Shown here: positions 30,167 to 49,379 of the stretch, piece by piece
Numbering within the stretch: the stretch's first letter is position 1
Layout: every line of letters begins with the position of its first letter
NCBI RefSeq assembly: GCF_009914755.1
Contig: NC_060938.1
From: the human T2T-CHM13v2.0 reference genome, Homo sapiens
Strand: one strand, 5' to 3'
DNA length: 64,000 bases
The notes under the pieces: generated by a model
The model's input: the letters and a program-made list of their open reading frames with translations, nothing else
Databases searched by the model: none
Told to the model about the DNA's origin: nothing
Translations under genes and position numbers: made by a program

Positions 30167-31447
30167 GAGTAACTTGGTTGAATTTGAAATTTGCAAAGAA
30201 TGGGCAGATTTATGTGTTGGGAGCATCAGTCAATGCAAGGTAAATGAGGCCATAAGGGGCTGGTAATTCCTCTGATGTCACACTTTTCTTTGAAAGAATT
30301 TATTATATGATTCAAACAAATGGAAAGAGATATGTCATTGACAATGTCCTCAAGAAGATCCCTACAATAAATATGGCATCTGGTTTCATAGCTCTCATCT
30401 GCTGGTGCGTCATAGAAGAGAGGTCAGTTCTGAAGTCTGTAGAAAAGACATATAATTTCCCCAGGGATCTGTCAAACAACTCTGATAGAGAGATAAAATA
30501 GGGAAAAAGAAGGATAAGTCCTTCCACACTCATAACAATGGTTGTTATGCTCCCAAAGACTTCTATTACCCCATTCCACTGGCTGGGGCCAGTAATATAC
30601 CACTGAGTCTTAGTCCTACCCTGGTTTCTGTGTCAGTCCCCTCTAAGGCAAGGACTGTATCAATAATCTCAGTCGTAACTCATCTTACCAGGCCCAGCCT
30701 CAACCACTCACGTGTTACTTCTCACATTCCCACCGCTGCCAGTCCTGGGAGCATGCGGCCAGTCCTCCAGCCACCCTTCTTCCCCTCAGATTGGCCCAGT
30801 CCATCAGCCTGGATCTCTGTGGGTTCCCAGCCCTAGGTTCAACAGAGATCACTGGTCCAGGATCTAAATCTAGGGCTTCCCCTAAACCCCAAGCAGGTAG
30901 ACAAGATCCTTCTTCCCATCAGATATCCTAGGTCACAATCCCTTGCCCCAGGGAATCCCTGGTCCTGAAAATGACCAAGATAATCCCCAGTGATGAACTC
31001 CTCCCTCTTCCCGGAAAGGCCAGTTGTAAACCATGCCTGATGCACACCTGTGTGTGCCATGTTCTTTGCATAGTTGATCTCACACACAGAACCAAACTTC
31101 CAGAGTCCTATTTGGGTGCTCTCCTCATGTCAAGAACTCGCCAACTCTTGTCTTATTGCATCTGACCTATTCTGCAGGTTATATGAAGAATTTCTCAAAG
31201 ACTGAAGAGAAGTGAGATCTATTACATATTCCACCTACTTTACATTTAGCAATAGCCGCTCACAACCTTTACCAAAAGGAAGAATCTCTAAATTCTTTGC
31301 TCTGCTTGTATAAAGAATAAAATAGTCCAGCTATCATGTCATTTCAGATTCAGCCAAACAAATACCAATTGATATTCACTAAAATAAGGCCTCCCTGTTA
31401 GATAATTGTTGTTCTGTGTGGCTTCTTTATATTTAAAGCAATCTCCA

Positions 31448-33682
31448 GCATGCCTCACTGCCTGATGGCCTGGGGTCTCTCAGGCCCTGCTGCAGCCATC
31501 TGCTCACCTGGCCCGGAAAGCAGTGTTGCAGGGCCAGGACCTGGCAAGGGGGTTGGGCACTGGGACCTAGTGGAACATGGCAAAAAGTCCAGGTCAGACA
31601 AGCACCTGTACGAGGAGTATGTAGAGAAGCCCTTGAAGCTGGTCCTCAAAGCAGGAGGGAACCAAGTCACCCAGGTCTCCAAACGCTTGGGCTTCTTAAA
31701 AAATAAACTCGGGCTTATTTTAATGAATATCAACTGGCACCGAGGCAGGTTCTGGGGGAAAGAAAGGGGAGAAAACAGAGAGGAGTAAAGGAGGATGAAA
31801 GAAAGTGAGTTCCAGGCAGTGTGGAGAGGAGGCAGAGGAAGAGCTCCAGTGTCACTTCCCTGTGAGATTAGACCTGCCTGCTGAGAAGCCTCTCACAAGC
31901 TCTTCCGCCAAGCAAGAAGCTGAACAGACACCTCTTCAAGATGCTTTGAGTCAACTGATGAGACAATTGCGGAGAAAAGACCCAAGGGCTTTCTTTTCAT
32001 TTCCTGTGACTGATTTTATTGCTCCTGGCTGCTTCATGATCATTAAACACCCAATGGATTTTAATACCATGAAAGAAAAGATCAACAACAATGACTACCA
32101 GCACATAGAAGAACTAAAGGATAACTTCAAACTAATGTGTACTAATGCCATGTTTTACAACAAACCAGAGGCCATTTATTATAAAGCTGCCAAAAAGTTA
32201 CTGCACTCAGGGATGAACATTCTTAGCCAGCAAAGAATTCAGAGCCTGAATTCTGAAGCAGGGCATAGACTTTATGGCAGACTTGCAAAAAAACAAAAAC
32301 AAAAACAAAAAACAAGAACAACAACAAAAAAACCTTGAAAGCAGAAAGAGAACAGACACTCGCAGAGTGGGGTGGACAGAAGCTGCTGGCCAAGAAAGCT
32401 GGAGATGCTGAAGCACAAGCCTTCAAAAGTCCCAGCAAAGACAATAGAAAGACAAAGTTATGCCTGAAAATGAGTTTAAAAGCAATAATTTAGAGAGAGA
32501 GCAGAACCAGGTTGAACCGCATCGTTAAGGAATCTGAGGAAAGCTGACCAGGTGGCTTGTTAATAGTGCAAATTTGAAAGAAGAAAACCAGATGGAACAA
32601 CGACCTTGGGACTTCCCCATCCTGTGGGTCCCATTGTAAGAGTCAGGCGATTGCCCTGTGAGACTGGGAATGACAACTGGAAGACTTCTGTCAGGAGTGA
32701 ATACTTTGCAGGGGTTCAAAGAGGATAAATGAAACAAAGTAACTCTCGTGTTGTATTTGCACTATGAACCCTACAGTTCTTGTGCACCATATTATGACTC
32801 CACATTTGCAAATGTCAGCAAGGATGATTCTGATTTAACCTATTCAAACTATGGGGAAGGCTGATCTTCCAGGTGCTTTCAGCATCCTTAAGGTTTTGGC
32901 CACATGCCAAGATCATCCATATGTTAGTTCACTGAATGTTTTAACAAGAGGAGAACATTCCAGGACCCTACAAGAGCTGGAGATGTCATCGCCTGAAGAT
33001 GAAGGTCGTACTAGGATACTTGTCACAGCAAATGAAATGGAGATTACAGAAATAGAGCCAGCAGTGCGTTTGGACTCCAATACTCAGGACAGGCTCATAG
33101 CACTGAAAGCAGTAACAAACTTTGGCACTCCAGTTGAAGTTTTGAACTCTGAAAAAGCTGTCATGTTCAAAAGAAACTTGACAAGACCACCAAATTGTTC
33201 AAGGAGCTCCAGGAAGCCCAGAATGAGCTTTTGAGCATCAGACACCCTCCCAATATGATCTGTCTCTTGGGTCCCTCATATGGAGAAATGCGTCTTTCTA
33301 AACAAGTGACCAATAATCTTAAAAAATGTGCACAGCATGTAACTCCACGTGATATTGTAAGCATGTATGGAGTTCAAAAAGCAATAGGGTTTCCATTATT
33401 TGCCTTATTGTAGAAAACAACTTCATAGATTTAACAGAAGATTTTGAAGAACCTAAAAAGATTGATGTTGCTGAGTGTGGATTCGATGGGATTTGAAGCC
33501 AACCGGTATTTGATTATATACTGTGTACACATCTTTTTTCATTCTTAACTTGGAAATGCTTTTCAGAAGATATTAAATATTTGTAAATTATGTTTTTAAT
33601 TAAACTTTGGAATAATGAATTTTAATGTTCCAGAGTTTTGACTTGTATTGGGTAATAAAGCTGGACCTGGGACTCAAAAAAA
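31448..33682 (+). pseudogene. BRD7 (pseudogene): Processed pseudogene of BRD7 (bromodomain-containing 7)
   Basis: Intronless match from the 5' UTR and SDKHLYEEYVEKPLKLVLK through the bromodomain (FFSFPVTDFIAPG..IIKHPMDF..MCTNAM.YNKPE.IYYKAAKKLLHSG) to the C-terminus (TGA 33494-33496). AATAAA at 33654-33659, short A tail, multiple frameshifts and stops. Confidence 0.97.
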
Positions 33683-34669
33683 GATATGTTCGCCCTCCCT
33701 CTCCTCTTTATCCATAATTACAATATTCAATATGGAAAAGAAATTTTAAAAACAAGAAAATAATTCAAGAGAAGTTGTTAAATTTGGAGATCCAATTTCC
33801 AAATAGGAGTTTCTAAAAGTGAAAAAACAGACAAAAGGATCAAAACCAATTCTCAGAGAAAACATTATTTTCGAAAAACAAAAAACAGTTACAGAGAGTA
33901 CCACCAAAGTCCCACACAAAAATCAAGAGCAAAAAGCAACACCATAACATAATTTCATAAAAATTTAAAGCTGTAAGGGAAAAGATAATTCTGCAAGTTT
34001 CCGGGCAAAAAAAAGTAGGTTATTTTCATGGAGTAAAATTTCAAACTAGCTTTGACTTTTTCCACAGCAGTGAGCAATGCTGGATGACAATGTGATGACA
34101 TCTTCTACAGAGGGGAAAAAGTGCAACTCAAGAATAATGAACCACATCATGCCATTTGTATAGGGAAGTAACAGAGAGATACTTGCAGACATGACCAATC
34201 TTAAAAAAATGTGGCAGCAGGGGCTTCTTTTGAAAAAATCGCTCACAGCTACAACGTATAGTATGCAAGAATAAAATTAGAGAAAGAAATTTGAATGGAT
34301 AATGGCTAAAAAATGAACCTGTGAGAATTATTGATACCAACTATTGTTAAAGAAGTAAAAATAACTGTGGAAGAATTACTCCTGATACTGCAGTAATTAT
34401 TTAAAATAAGACACAGAAAGTATAAAAGAAACATGAAGAGAAAAAAGTGAGAAATATCAAATTTAATTATGAATGAGAAATTGAATGTAGGGAATAGGAG
34501 ATGCAGACAAAAAAAGTAACATCCTTTGTCTTTCTTGCAGGGAAGTACAGCAGGCTTTTGATTAGGGAAAGAGAGAAATAGAATGCTTATAGAACATTTC
34601 AAGATATTTACATGAGGCTTTAAAATAGATTTTTTTGTCTTCTAAAACATTTTAAAAGATAAAGGGAAA

Positions 34670-35017
<348 letters not shown>

Positions 35018-36689
35018 CTAATATATATTGAAAAAGTTAACACCAAATGTACCAAACACTGGATCTCATATAAATAATGTAAACCCACCATTAAAAGGCA
35101 GTTTCTGCCTAAACCAATAAACAAACTTAATACAAGAGATGCCAATTAGGTTAAAGTTATAAAGGTTCTAAAAGGTTAAAGTTAGAAAGGCTCATCCAAT
35201 ATAAGTCATTTAAAAACAGCAAATAAGTAAATAATTATAAAACCAGGACATAAAAGTTGATAAAAATTAGTGTCAAATAAAAGAGTTAGAATAAAAGTTG
35301 ATTAAGCATGATATAAAGTTTCAATAATACAAACTACCAATATTCAATTTAAATGGAACCATAAAAATGGATATTAGAAATGTGAAATTTTCTATTATGA
35401 TATGATCTTTCATGTTATCGAGAACTGAATCAAGCACAACTAAAAATCAGTTTTTACTCTCATTTATCTATTATAGACTTTTTGTTGATTCTATAAGCAG
35501 GAACTGATTGTATAGCAATATGTATATTCTTGGCTATTAATATTTCTGCAAACTTGCAAACTAACTTAATACTATTGCAAGGATCAGGAGACAGCATACG
35601 TAAAGCCTGCAATTGGGTAACATTGACCAGAGATGGTTAATCTTGATATTAACTATTAAAATATCATTGGATAATGATTATAAGACTTTGGTCAACTTGG
35701 TAAATATTTTCAAGAATTCTGGTTTAATGTGGCGTGATGGCAAAATGGACTTTATAGCTGGAAACAGCTTTTATGTATAATTATACAGGTACTAATTTTC
35801 TCATTTGCATTGATATTAAGGTAATATTGATATCAGTTAATATTAATTGGGAAAACTGCCACTCATATACAGAATTTTTGTAGGGAAAGGGGACAGATAG
35901 AAGAGTAATATACCCTCATAGGAACATTTCCCTTCATTTACAGAGATTACCAGAGAATTAGAGACTCTGCAAAAGATTTTGATCCTGCTCTTCAAGTAAA
36001 AGACAGCTTTAATTTTAAAGGGTGGACAGCCTGAAAACCATCATTTATCAAACCCTGAGGCATGTTCTGAAAGAAAGAGTGTGAAGAAAGGGAGCTGTCC
36101 AGGCTTTGCATGTCAAAGGGCCAAGTCTGTCCTGGGAAGAAGCTGCAGAGCTGATGCTACAATCAGGACGGTGTTTCTGCTTATGAATATTAATTTAGGC
36201 ACTAAAATCCCTGGGAATTAATGTCTGTCCTTAGGAGGTATGTGTGTGGTCAATAGTTATGTAATGGATAATTAGGATTAATAAGAATACACAGAGGGCC
36301 TCACAATGACAGGAGCCTCTAAAAGGATGTGACTGGGAGGTGAATGCTCACCTGCACATTTCTACTAGACTTCCTGTGGAAGCTCTTGTGATTATTTTAT
36401 ATGGAATAATCTGACCTTTGGAAAGTGGACTGTAGGGCTATTACTGTGTCTCTCTGATATGGAAAGGAAAGGAGTTAGACCCTAGAGCCAGTTTTCTAAC
36501 TAAGACTCAAAATCCAGAGGCAGTAAACAACAAAGAACAACACACCACATACACACACGCGCACACACACACAGAGAAACAAATTAGGATGCCTAGAAAA
36601 AATGGTTGGTTCCAGGGATGGGGCAAAAACAATATAAATTGTATTTTTAATTTTTCTTTCTTTTATATTCTGTAAAAGAAAGATTGAGG

Positions 36690-36985
36690 AATTATTACAA
36701 ATTGAAGGACACTAAAAAGACAGGTCAACTATGCAATATGTGGTCCTGGATTGGGTCTTGGCTAGAAAAAGGACATCAGTGAAAAACTGGTGAAATTTGA
36801 ATAAACTATGTTATTTCATTAACAACATTGCATCACTGTCAATTTCTTGGTCTTGATAATCGTGCTATGCTTATGTAAGATATTAACATCAGGGAAAGAA
36901 GTGAAGGGCATATGTAAACTCTCTGTACAATTTTTGCATTTTTTTCTGAAAGTTTAAAATCATTTCAAAATAAAAGTTAAAAGAA
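36690..36985 (+). mobile_element. Old L1M 3' UTR fragment
   Basis: atgcaatatgtggtcctggattgggtcttgg...aactctctgtacaatttttgca...tttcaaaataaaagtt. Confidence 0.65.
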
Positions 36986-38511
36986 ATCTAAAGGAATAAA
37001 CTCCTCCTTGAGGTGGCTTTGTGAAACAATATTTGTATATTAAGCACTTACATAAATGGGAAGAACAAGAAATTTAAAACTTTCTAAAAAATTTTTTTTA
37101 CTTCTTATACTTTAAATATGTGGTTCTGTAAGAAAATTTTTTCTTGGTAAAGCTGTAACAGGAAAAAAGACTTAGTGAGCTTCATTAATAGCCTTGGCTA
37201 TTACAAGAAGTATCTTATTAAAAACTTTAAAGTTTTAATATCTGCTATATAATGACACAAGAAAAGAGATCACGTAATACTCCTAATTATGGTGTCCCTT
37301 TGGAAAAATTATACAGGTTTAATAATTTTGATTTAAAAATAGCTCTATATCTTTCCCCACCTTCTACCATATAAAAATAACATTAGCACAACATTTTGGT
37401 TTATGAAAGCCTTGGGCTTACTTTTTCATGAAAAGTTTAATTAATTTGAATTTTCTAAATTTCCTCTACTAGTTTTGAGGTTGAATGAACTAAAATCATT
37501 TTAAATTTATAAAATTGTAAAATTATGTGTTCAACTAAATAACTTGATAACATGTAGTCTTTATAAAAATAGGTTAATTTTTATAATTCTACAAAAGACT
37601 CAACATATTAACTTAAATTGTATTTTCTAGACCCTTAGTTAAACTTCTAGTACTTGAGATAATATAAATTTGAGTTAACTAATAAATGATCTTTGGACAA
37701 CATTATTTTAATATATCTGTGTTCTTATTTAATTCTCCACATAGTAGTGATCCATTACCATATTTAAAAAGATGTATAAATGTCTGGGTTAAAAATATAT
37801 TTTTTATTAATAGACATTTATCACCACAAGTTAGTATTGAAAGTAATCTTTTCTTATATCCTTCCTTTATGTTCCTATCTGGAATGTAAAACAGTCTACC
37901 TAACTTGATATGTTTGATATGTGGAGACTGGAATTTGGGAAGACACACAAGCATTTAAAACAGTACATGATGTCAAGAAGTCTGTATTGATTGATCGGAG
38001 ACATTCAGGAGTAACATTATTTTTCTCTCTATTTTGCTCCATAGAATGTCAAAGAATAGACAAGTCCTCTTTGTGAACATCAAAAGCCTCTTCTGCAAAT
38101 GGATGATATACACCTTATTGGTGAGGGAGGAAGTTGGTATCTATCTATTCTAACTGGTTTATTGAACATACTGGTGTTTGTGAGGTGCAAGCAGTAGAGA
38201 AAAAACACATTATTTGCTCACAACACTAACTTTCTTTCGTGCTACTTTGAATCTCCACTTTCTATGCTTTCATGAAATTGTGGGTAGATCTGATAGCTTT
38301 TCTGGTCAATTCCAGTTATTAGTGAATAGTCTCACTTTCTGGTTATTAACGAATTTGGTCCAGTTTCATATCAAAGCTTTAATCTCAACCAATTTAATGC
38401 TTCTTCCCAACCCCTGGCTCAGTCCTCACCTAGGCTCAGAAACCTAAAGCCCAGAAAAGATGTCCTGTTTGGCTTCTCACTATTTCTCCCTTAACTCTTT
38501 TCCTCTATTTC

Positions 38512-38751
38512 TGCTATGATTTGAGTGTGCCTCCTCCAAAATTCATGTCAAAACTTAGTATGTCCCCTCTGGAGAACGTAGCAACAAGGTGCCATCTTGG
38601 AGGGGAGAGCATCCCCCGACCAGACACCAAACCTGCTGCTGCCTTGATCTTGGACTGCCCCAGTCTCTAGAACTATGAGAAATAAATTTCTGTGGTTTAC
38701 AAATTATCCGTTCTGTGGCATTTTGTTATAGCACAGAAATGGACTGAGACA
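38512..38751 (+). mobile_element. Internally deleted MaLR LTR (MLT1A/MST-like)
   Basis: tgctatgatttgagtgtgcctcctccaaaattcatg...ccttgatcttggact...gaaataaatttctg...ggactgagaca. Confidence 0.75.
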
Positions 38752-39059
38752 CTTTCTCCTTTACTCACCTTGTGACCTCCGGTTCCCTGAAGTCTGGCAC
38801 AGGGGGAGGAAGAGCAGCAAAGGGTGGAAAAGATCTTTAGTGACTGAGACAGTTGTAATCTGGCTTTGATGCCCTCTGCTTGTGGCCAATGTCCAAATGC
38901 TTGACTTTTTACGAGAAGATGTTGAGGCTCACGGGAGACATTTACCCAAACTTCCTTACCCAGCCAACATGCCCTCCATTTAAAACTCCATACTCAGACC
39001 TTGGCACCCTAGATCCCCCAGCCCAGCACCTCCAGCCTGTTTTTGGAGGGATACTTTTC

Positions 39060-44702
<5,643 letters not shown>

Positions 44703-44779
44703 TTGGAGAGATACTTTTCAATTCCAGTTCCGTTCCACAAGGACCACCTCAGACCACAGGAACACTCATCCCATCGCTG

Positions 44780-45360
44780 GAGGAGGTAAGGCTGCACCCA
44801 TGCATATTAAAACTATACCCAAGGGATTCTATTTAATGGAGGTGACCGATTGATGGCACAGGAAGAAATTGATGCCACTGAAAGAAGAATTTATTATGTA
44901 TATTTCCTAAAAGAAGGAGACATGTCACACCACCAAGACCACAGGGGAAATACCAGGTTTGGACAGGCAGAAGCAAGAGTGAGGGGAAGGCCTAGGCCAC
45001 AGCCTTTGTTGAAGTTTCCATGGGAAAAGCAAGAAGGGCAGAGTAAGCACTTTAGGATTGGCTATTTGAATAATTCCAGAGGGCTTTGAGGCATAGGGGT
45101 TGTCTCTAGTTGCCTGGTACCTGGCCTGGGATGATTTAGGGCAGGAGGGTGGCTTAGCTTGGTATGTGAATTAGATACGGAGGTGGTTGGGGCTATAGAC
45201 TTAGGATTTGTTGGTTTGCAATGAAAGATGTGCTTGTAGGCAAGTTGTTATTATCTTTAGGAATTAGCAAGCCCTGGGAGGCAGTTCTCTCACTGGGTCT
45301 ATAAGGCCTGCAAATACTAGAGCATTAAAAATACAGAATATAAGGAAAATCTTATTAGTA
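44780..45360 (-). mobile_element. ERVL LTR of the MER54/MER73/MER74 group
   Basis: ttaggattggctatttgaataattccagagggctttgaggcataggggttgtctctagttgcctggtacctggcc resembles recalled consensus. Boundaries are approximate. Confidence 0.55.
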
Positions 45361-45572
45361 TAATTGGACCTGTAGTGCCAAATAGGCCAACACAGAATCT
45401 AAAAAAAAACACAGAACACCATGGCAGCCTCTTCTCACTCTGCTCACAGAGGGAACTTTGTCACAGACTGTGGCCTTTAGACTGCTTTCCTGGTAGTGAC
45501 TCAAATACTAGTTTCTGTATCCCAAAATTTCAAGGGAAACATGACAACTTCTCTGGGTGACTCTTAAGAACC

Positions 45573-45707
45573 AGCATCGGGAGATATACCTAATGCTAGA
45601 TGACGAGTTAGTGGGTGCAGCGCACCAGCATGGCACATGTATATATATGTAACTAACCTGCACAATGTGCACATGTACCCTAAAACTTAAAGTATAATAA
45701 TAAAAAA
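45573..45707 (+). mobile_element. 135-bp 5'-truncated L1PA2-type 3' end
   Basis: gctagatgacGAGttagtggg (GAG, not ACA/ACG) and cacaatgtgcac; 7-bp TSD aagaacc at 45566-45572 and 45708-45714. Confidence 0.9.
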
Positions 45708-46029
45708 AAGAACCCCCTCATTTGGCTTAACCTAAGAGGAAAACAAGCTCTAAAAAGGAGAAATAGTACATGGCTCTGACAACTCTCCAGTCTCTCATGC
45801 TCTAGAGAAACGCTGTCTCCTAATATTCTACCTCTCCATGAACTCTTAGTCTTCTCTTATGTAACCTGGAGGCAGAGGAGAGGCTAAAGGTGGAAAGAAA
45901 ACAGGTATTAATGTCTCTTTGCATGTCCCAAATAGCTGATTCATCACTTAGAGTTTGGTCTTTGAGGCCTTTGCTGAAAATCTAAGACAGGAAAAGTAAC
46001 ATCTAATATCCTATTATGTCATCAGAATT

Positions 46030-46520
46030 TAAAAATGCACATTTCTTTGGGCACAGCAATTCTTCTTCTCTGCATTTGTCTTACAGATACAAACATACAT
46101 ATACAGAAAGACATATGTACACAGATATTCATTGCAACTGTATTTGTAAAAGCAAGAGTTTGAAAACAATATGAATGTCTCTTGATAGGGGATGTATTTT
46201 GGCACATCCATTCAATAAAATACCATGTAGGCATAAAAAGAAAGAGGCAGCTTTAATTTACTGATATAGTATAATTTCCAAGATAGATCTTTAAGTGGAA
46301 AAAGCAAGGCACTAACATGCAAAAATGTACCCAATAAACAGTCTATGTGTAAGAGTCTTTGTTAGTAAATGCACAAAATATCTTTGGAAAAATAAATTAA
46401 AATTTGGTGACAGAGTTTGTCACTAAGAGGAAAAACTAGGGAGTGGGTGGAAAGGAGACATATTTTTCACTGTATATGCTTTGTTATGTTTTGAATTTTT
46501 TTACCATGTACATCTATTAA
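46030..46520 (+). mobile_element. L1ME-like 3' fragment
   Basis: cagcaattcttcttct...gatattcattgcaactgtatttgtaaaagcaa, typical of old L1 3' ends. Confidence 0.6.
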
Positions 46521-47718
46521 TCTTCCAAAATGCAAATTAATAGCTTTCCCTTCTGTACCCTGCCTAGCTATCCCTTGTAAGGTTCTGCACTCTATTTAGG
46601 AACAGAGGTTTTCCTTGTGATTTCTGTCTATTTTCCTACCCTAGTTACCAGGGCTGATTAATGTAGAAGGAAGTCCCAAAGTCCATTTTTTCCTTCTACC
46701 AAAAAGCCTAGGTTTTAGGACAACTAGAATTACCCAGCTGGTGGGTACCCCTGGTGCCTTCCATAGTTCTACAAAACTGTGTACCCCTAAATTGCCCTCC
46801 CCCACAAGACCTATCATTCCAGAAGGCAAAGAGAAGGAAAAAAAATGGAGAAAGCTCTTGTAATTGGTTTTAAGAATTTACAAACTTTCTGGCTCCAGAC
46901 CTGGGTTATTGTCCATTGGTGACTTTACTGTAGGTTCTTGCTATTAGGATACTCTTCTCCTCCTTTCTTCAGAAAGAAAGTCAATGGGTGGGGAAACAGA
47001 ATATGATACCAACCCTTGGTTCTTTTTCTATCTCTGCTTTGAGTTAGCTGTGAGACCTCGTCAGTAGTAGTTATAATATAATAGCACATTGGCACTGAAG
47101 CTCACCCTGGCTCAACATGCCATGTATCCTATGTGCATTACTCACCCAATCCTCCCAGTGACCCCATGAAATAGTGACCATTATTAATTCGGTTTTATAG
47201 ATAAATTAACTCTCTCACCCAAGGCCATACAGCAGAGCTAGGACTCTCATCCCTGACTGCAGAATATCTGGGATAATTTGCCCAACTCTCTTATATTCTC
47301 ATCCCTTATTCATAAGATACAGAGATGAAACAAAGCTTCCATGGCCCTTCCCAGCTCAAGTTATGGCAAGACTGTAATGCTATGACTGCCTAGAGCCTGG
47401 ACTTTGTCTCCCTTCTCTGTCACCTGAAGCCTCCCAAATATTAGATCTGAGGCTTTTCTGCTCAGCCCAGAAACGCTAATGGCTTAGCCCAAGACTTCAT
47501 GGCTCTGCCACTTCCTTCTGTGCTTCTAATTTGGAAATCCTGGAACCCAAATCAGCTTGCTTGTCAACAGTGATCAACAATCCTTTCAAGTGTCTTGGTA
47601 AACATCTCTTCCCTTTCCCCACAAAGGCCGAGGCACAACTTCACACTCTCCTCACATCCTTCACTCACCCCATCCCATGGCCCCCACCCTTTCTGAGACC
47701 TAGGTTCATGGAGATATA

Positions 47719-49040
47719 TGAGAGGTCTTCAGAAATTTCATGGAAAATGAGTATTATGAAAACACTATGCATAGATTTCAAAAATTTTTTGTACCAAAAT
47801 AAACTAAGTTGTTTTAACATATCTTAACCGGATCTAGTTTGAGGTACTAAAAAACATAAGACATTAGTTTGAGAAGAGCCCCCATCAGAGCAACATGAAT
47901 GCTGTTAAAATTAAAGCAAAAACAAACCTCAAATTTATGGTGAAGCTTGTGTGGAAGAATGACAATTTATGAAAACTTTATAGGGAAAATGCCTCAAGGA
48001 AATTAGCAGTTTACAAATGGATAACCTGTTTTAAGAAGAGGCAAGAGGATGTTGAAAATGAAGGCCACAGTGGCAGACCATCCACATCAATTAGTGAGGA
48101 AAAAATTAATCTTGTTCATGCCCTAATTGAAGAAGACTGATGATTAACAGTAGAAAAAATAGCCAACACTATAGGCATCTCAATCAGTTCAGCTAACACA
48201 GTTCTGACTGAAAAGTTAAAATTGAGCAAACTTTCTACTTGATAGGTACCAAAACTGTTGTGCCCATATCAGCTACAAATAAGAGCAGAACTTTCAGTGG
48301 AAATTATCCAAGTGAGATCAAGTGAGGTCAAGATCCTGAGACATTTATTCAAAGAATTGTAACAGGAGATGAAGCATGGCTTTCCTAGTACTGTCTTGAA
48401 GACAAAGCACAATCAAAGCAATGGCTACCAAGAGGAGGAAGTGGTCCAGTCAAAGCAAAAGTGGACCAGTCAAGAATAAAGGTCATGGCAACAATTTTTT
48501 GGTATGCACAAGGCATTTTGCTTGTTGACTTTGTGTAGGACCAAAAAACAATAACACCTGCTTTTTATGGGAGTATTTTGAGAAAGTTAGCCAAGTTTTA
48601 GCAGAATAATAACCAGGAAAGCTTCATCAGAGTCCTTCTCCAACATAACAATGCTCCTGATTATTCCGCTCATCAAACAAGGGCAATTTTGCAAGACTTT
48701 CAATGGGAAATCATTAGGCACCCAGCTTACAGTACTGATTTGGCTCCTTCTGACTTATTTTTGTTTCCCAATCTTAAAATCTTTAAAGGGCATCAATTTT
48801 TCTTCAGCTGATAGTGTAAAAGACTGTATTGACATGGTTAAATTCCCAGGACTTTTGCTTCTTTAGAGATGGACTACATGACTGATATCATTGCTTACAA
48901 AAAATGTCTTGAACCTGATGGAGCTTATGTCAAGAAATAAAGTTTTAATTTTTTATTGTTATCTTTTTTGGAATTTTTGATATATATATATTTTAATCTT
49001 CTAATCCCTTTTTTTCCACAAGCTTTTTGAAGTCTCCTCA
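47719..49040 (+). mobile_element. Full-length Hsmar2 mariner transposon with inactivated transposase
   Basis: TIRs tgagaggtcttcagaaatttcatggaaaa and ttttccacaagctttttgaagtctcctca, flanked by TA. Transposase remnant 47895-48940 with IVTGDE, HNNA (D lost) and YSTDLAPSD motifs. Confidence 0.93.
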
Positions 49041-49379
49041 TATGAGGCAATGCCGTGTAAAGTGCTTCAAGTTTCTCTTCCTTTCAATCTTCTCTGTGAA
49101 CTTCTGTGATTCCCAAGGCAGAATCAGGTGCTCCTTCCTCTATCACATGTGGCCCCTCTTCATTTGTAAGGAAGACTCTAGGGATCTTTTATATCATAGT
49201 ATTATTACTTATCATTGTATTATAACTGTTTGTCTTCACCAGATTATGAAATTGAGGGTCATGTTTATCAAACACAGGGTCATGTTTATTTTTCTAGCTC
49301 CAGCAAATTACCACAGAGCCTGACACACACACCACAGTCTCCATGAATATGGCAAAGTTTTTGCAGGATAAAAACTTAA

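Noticed and set aside
31430-33700. TSD for the BRD7 retrocopy and an exact pseudogene number
   Set aside because: No convincing direct repeat flanks it. The specific BRD7P locus (possibly BRD7P1) cannot be confirmed without mapping.
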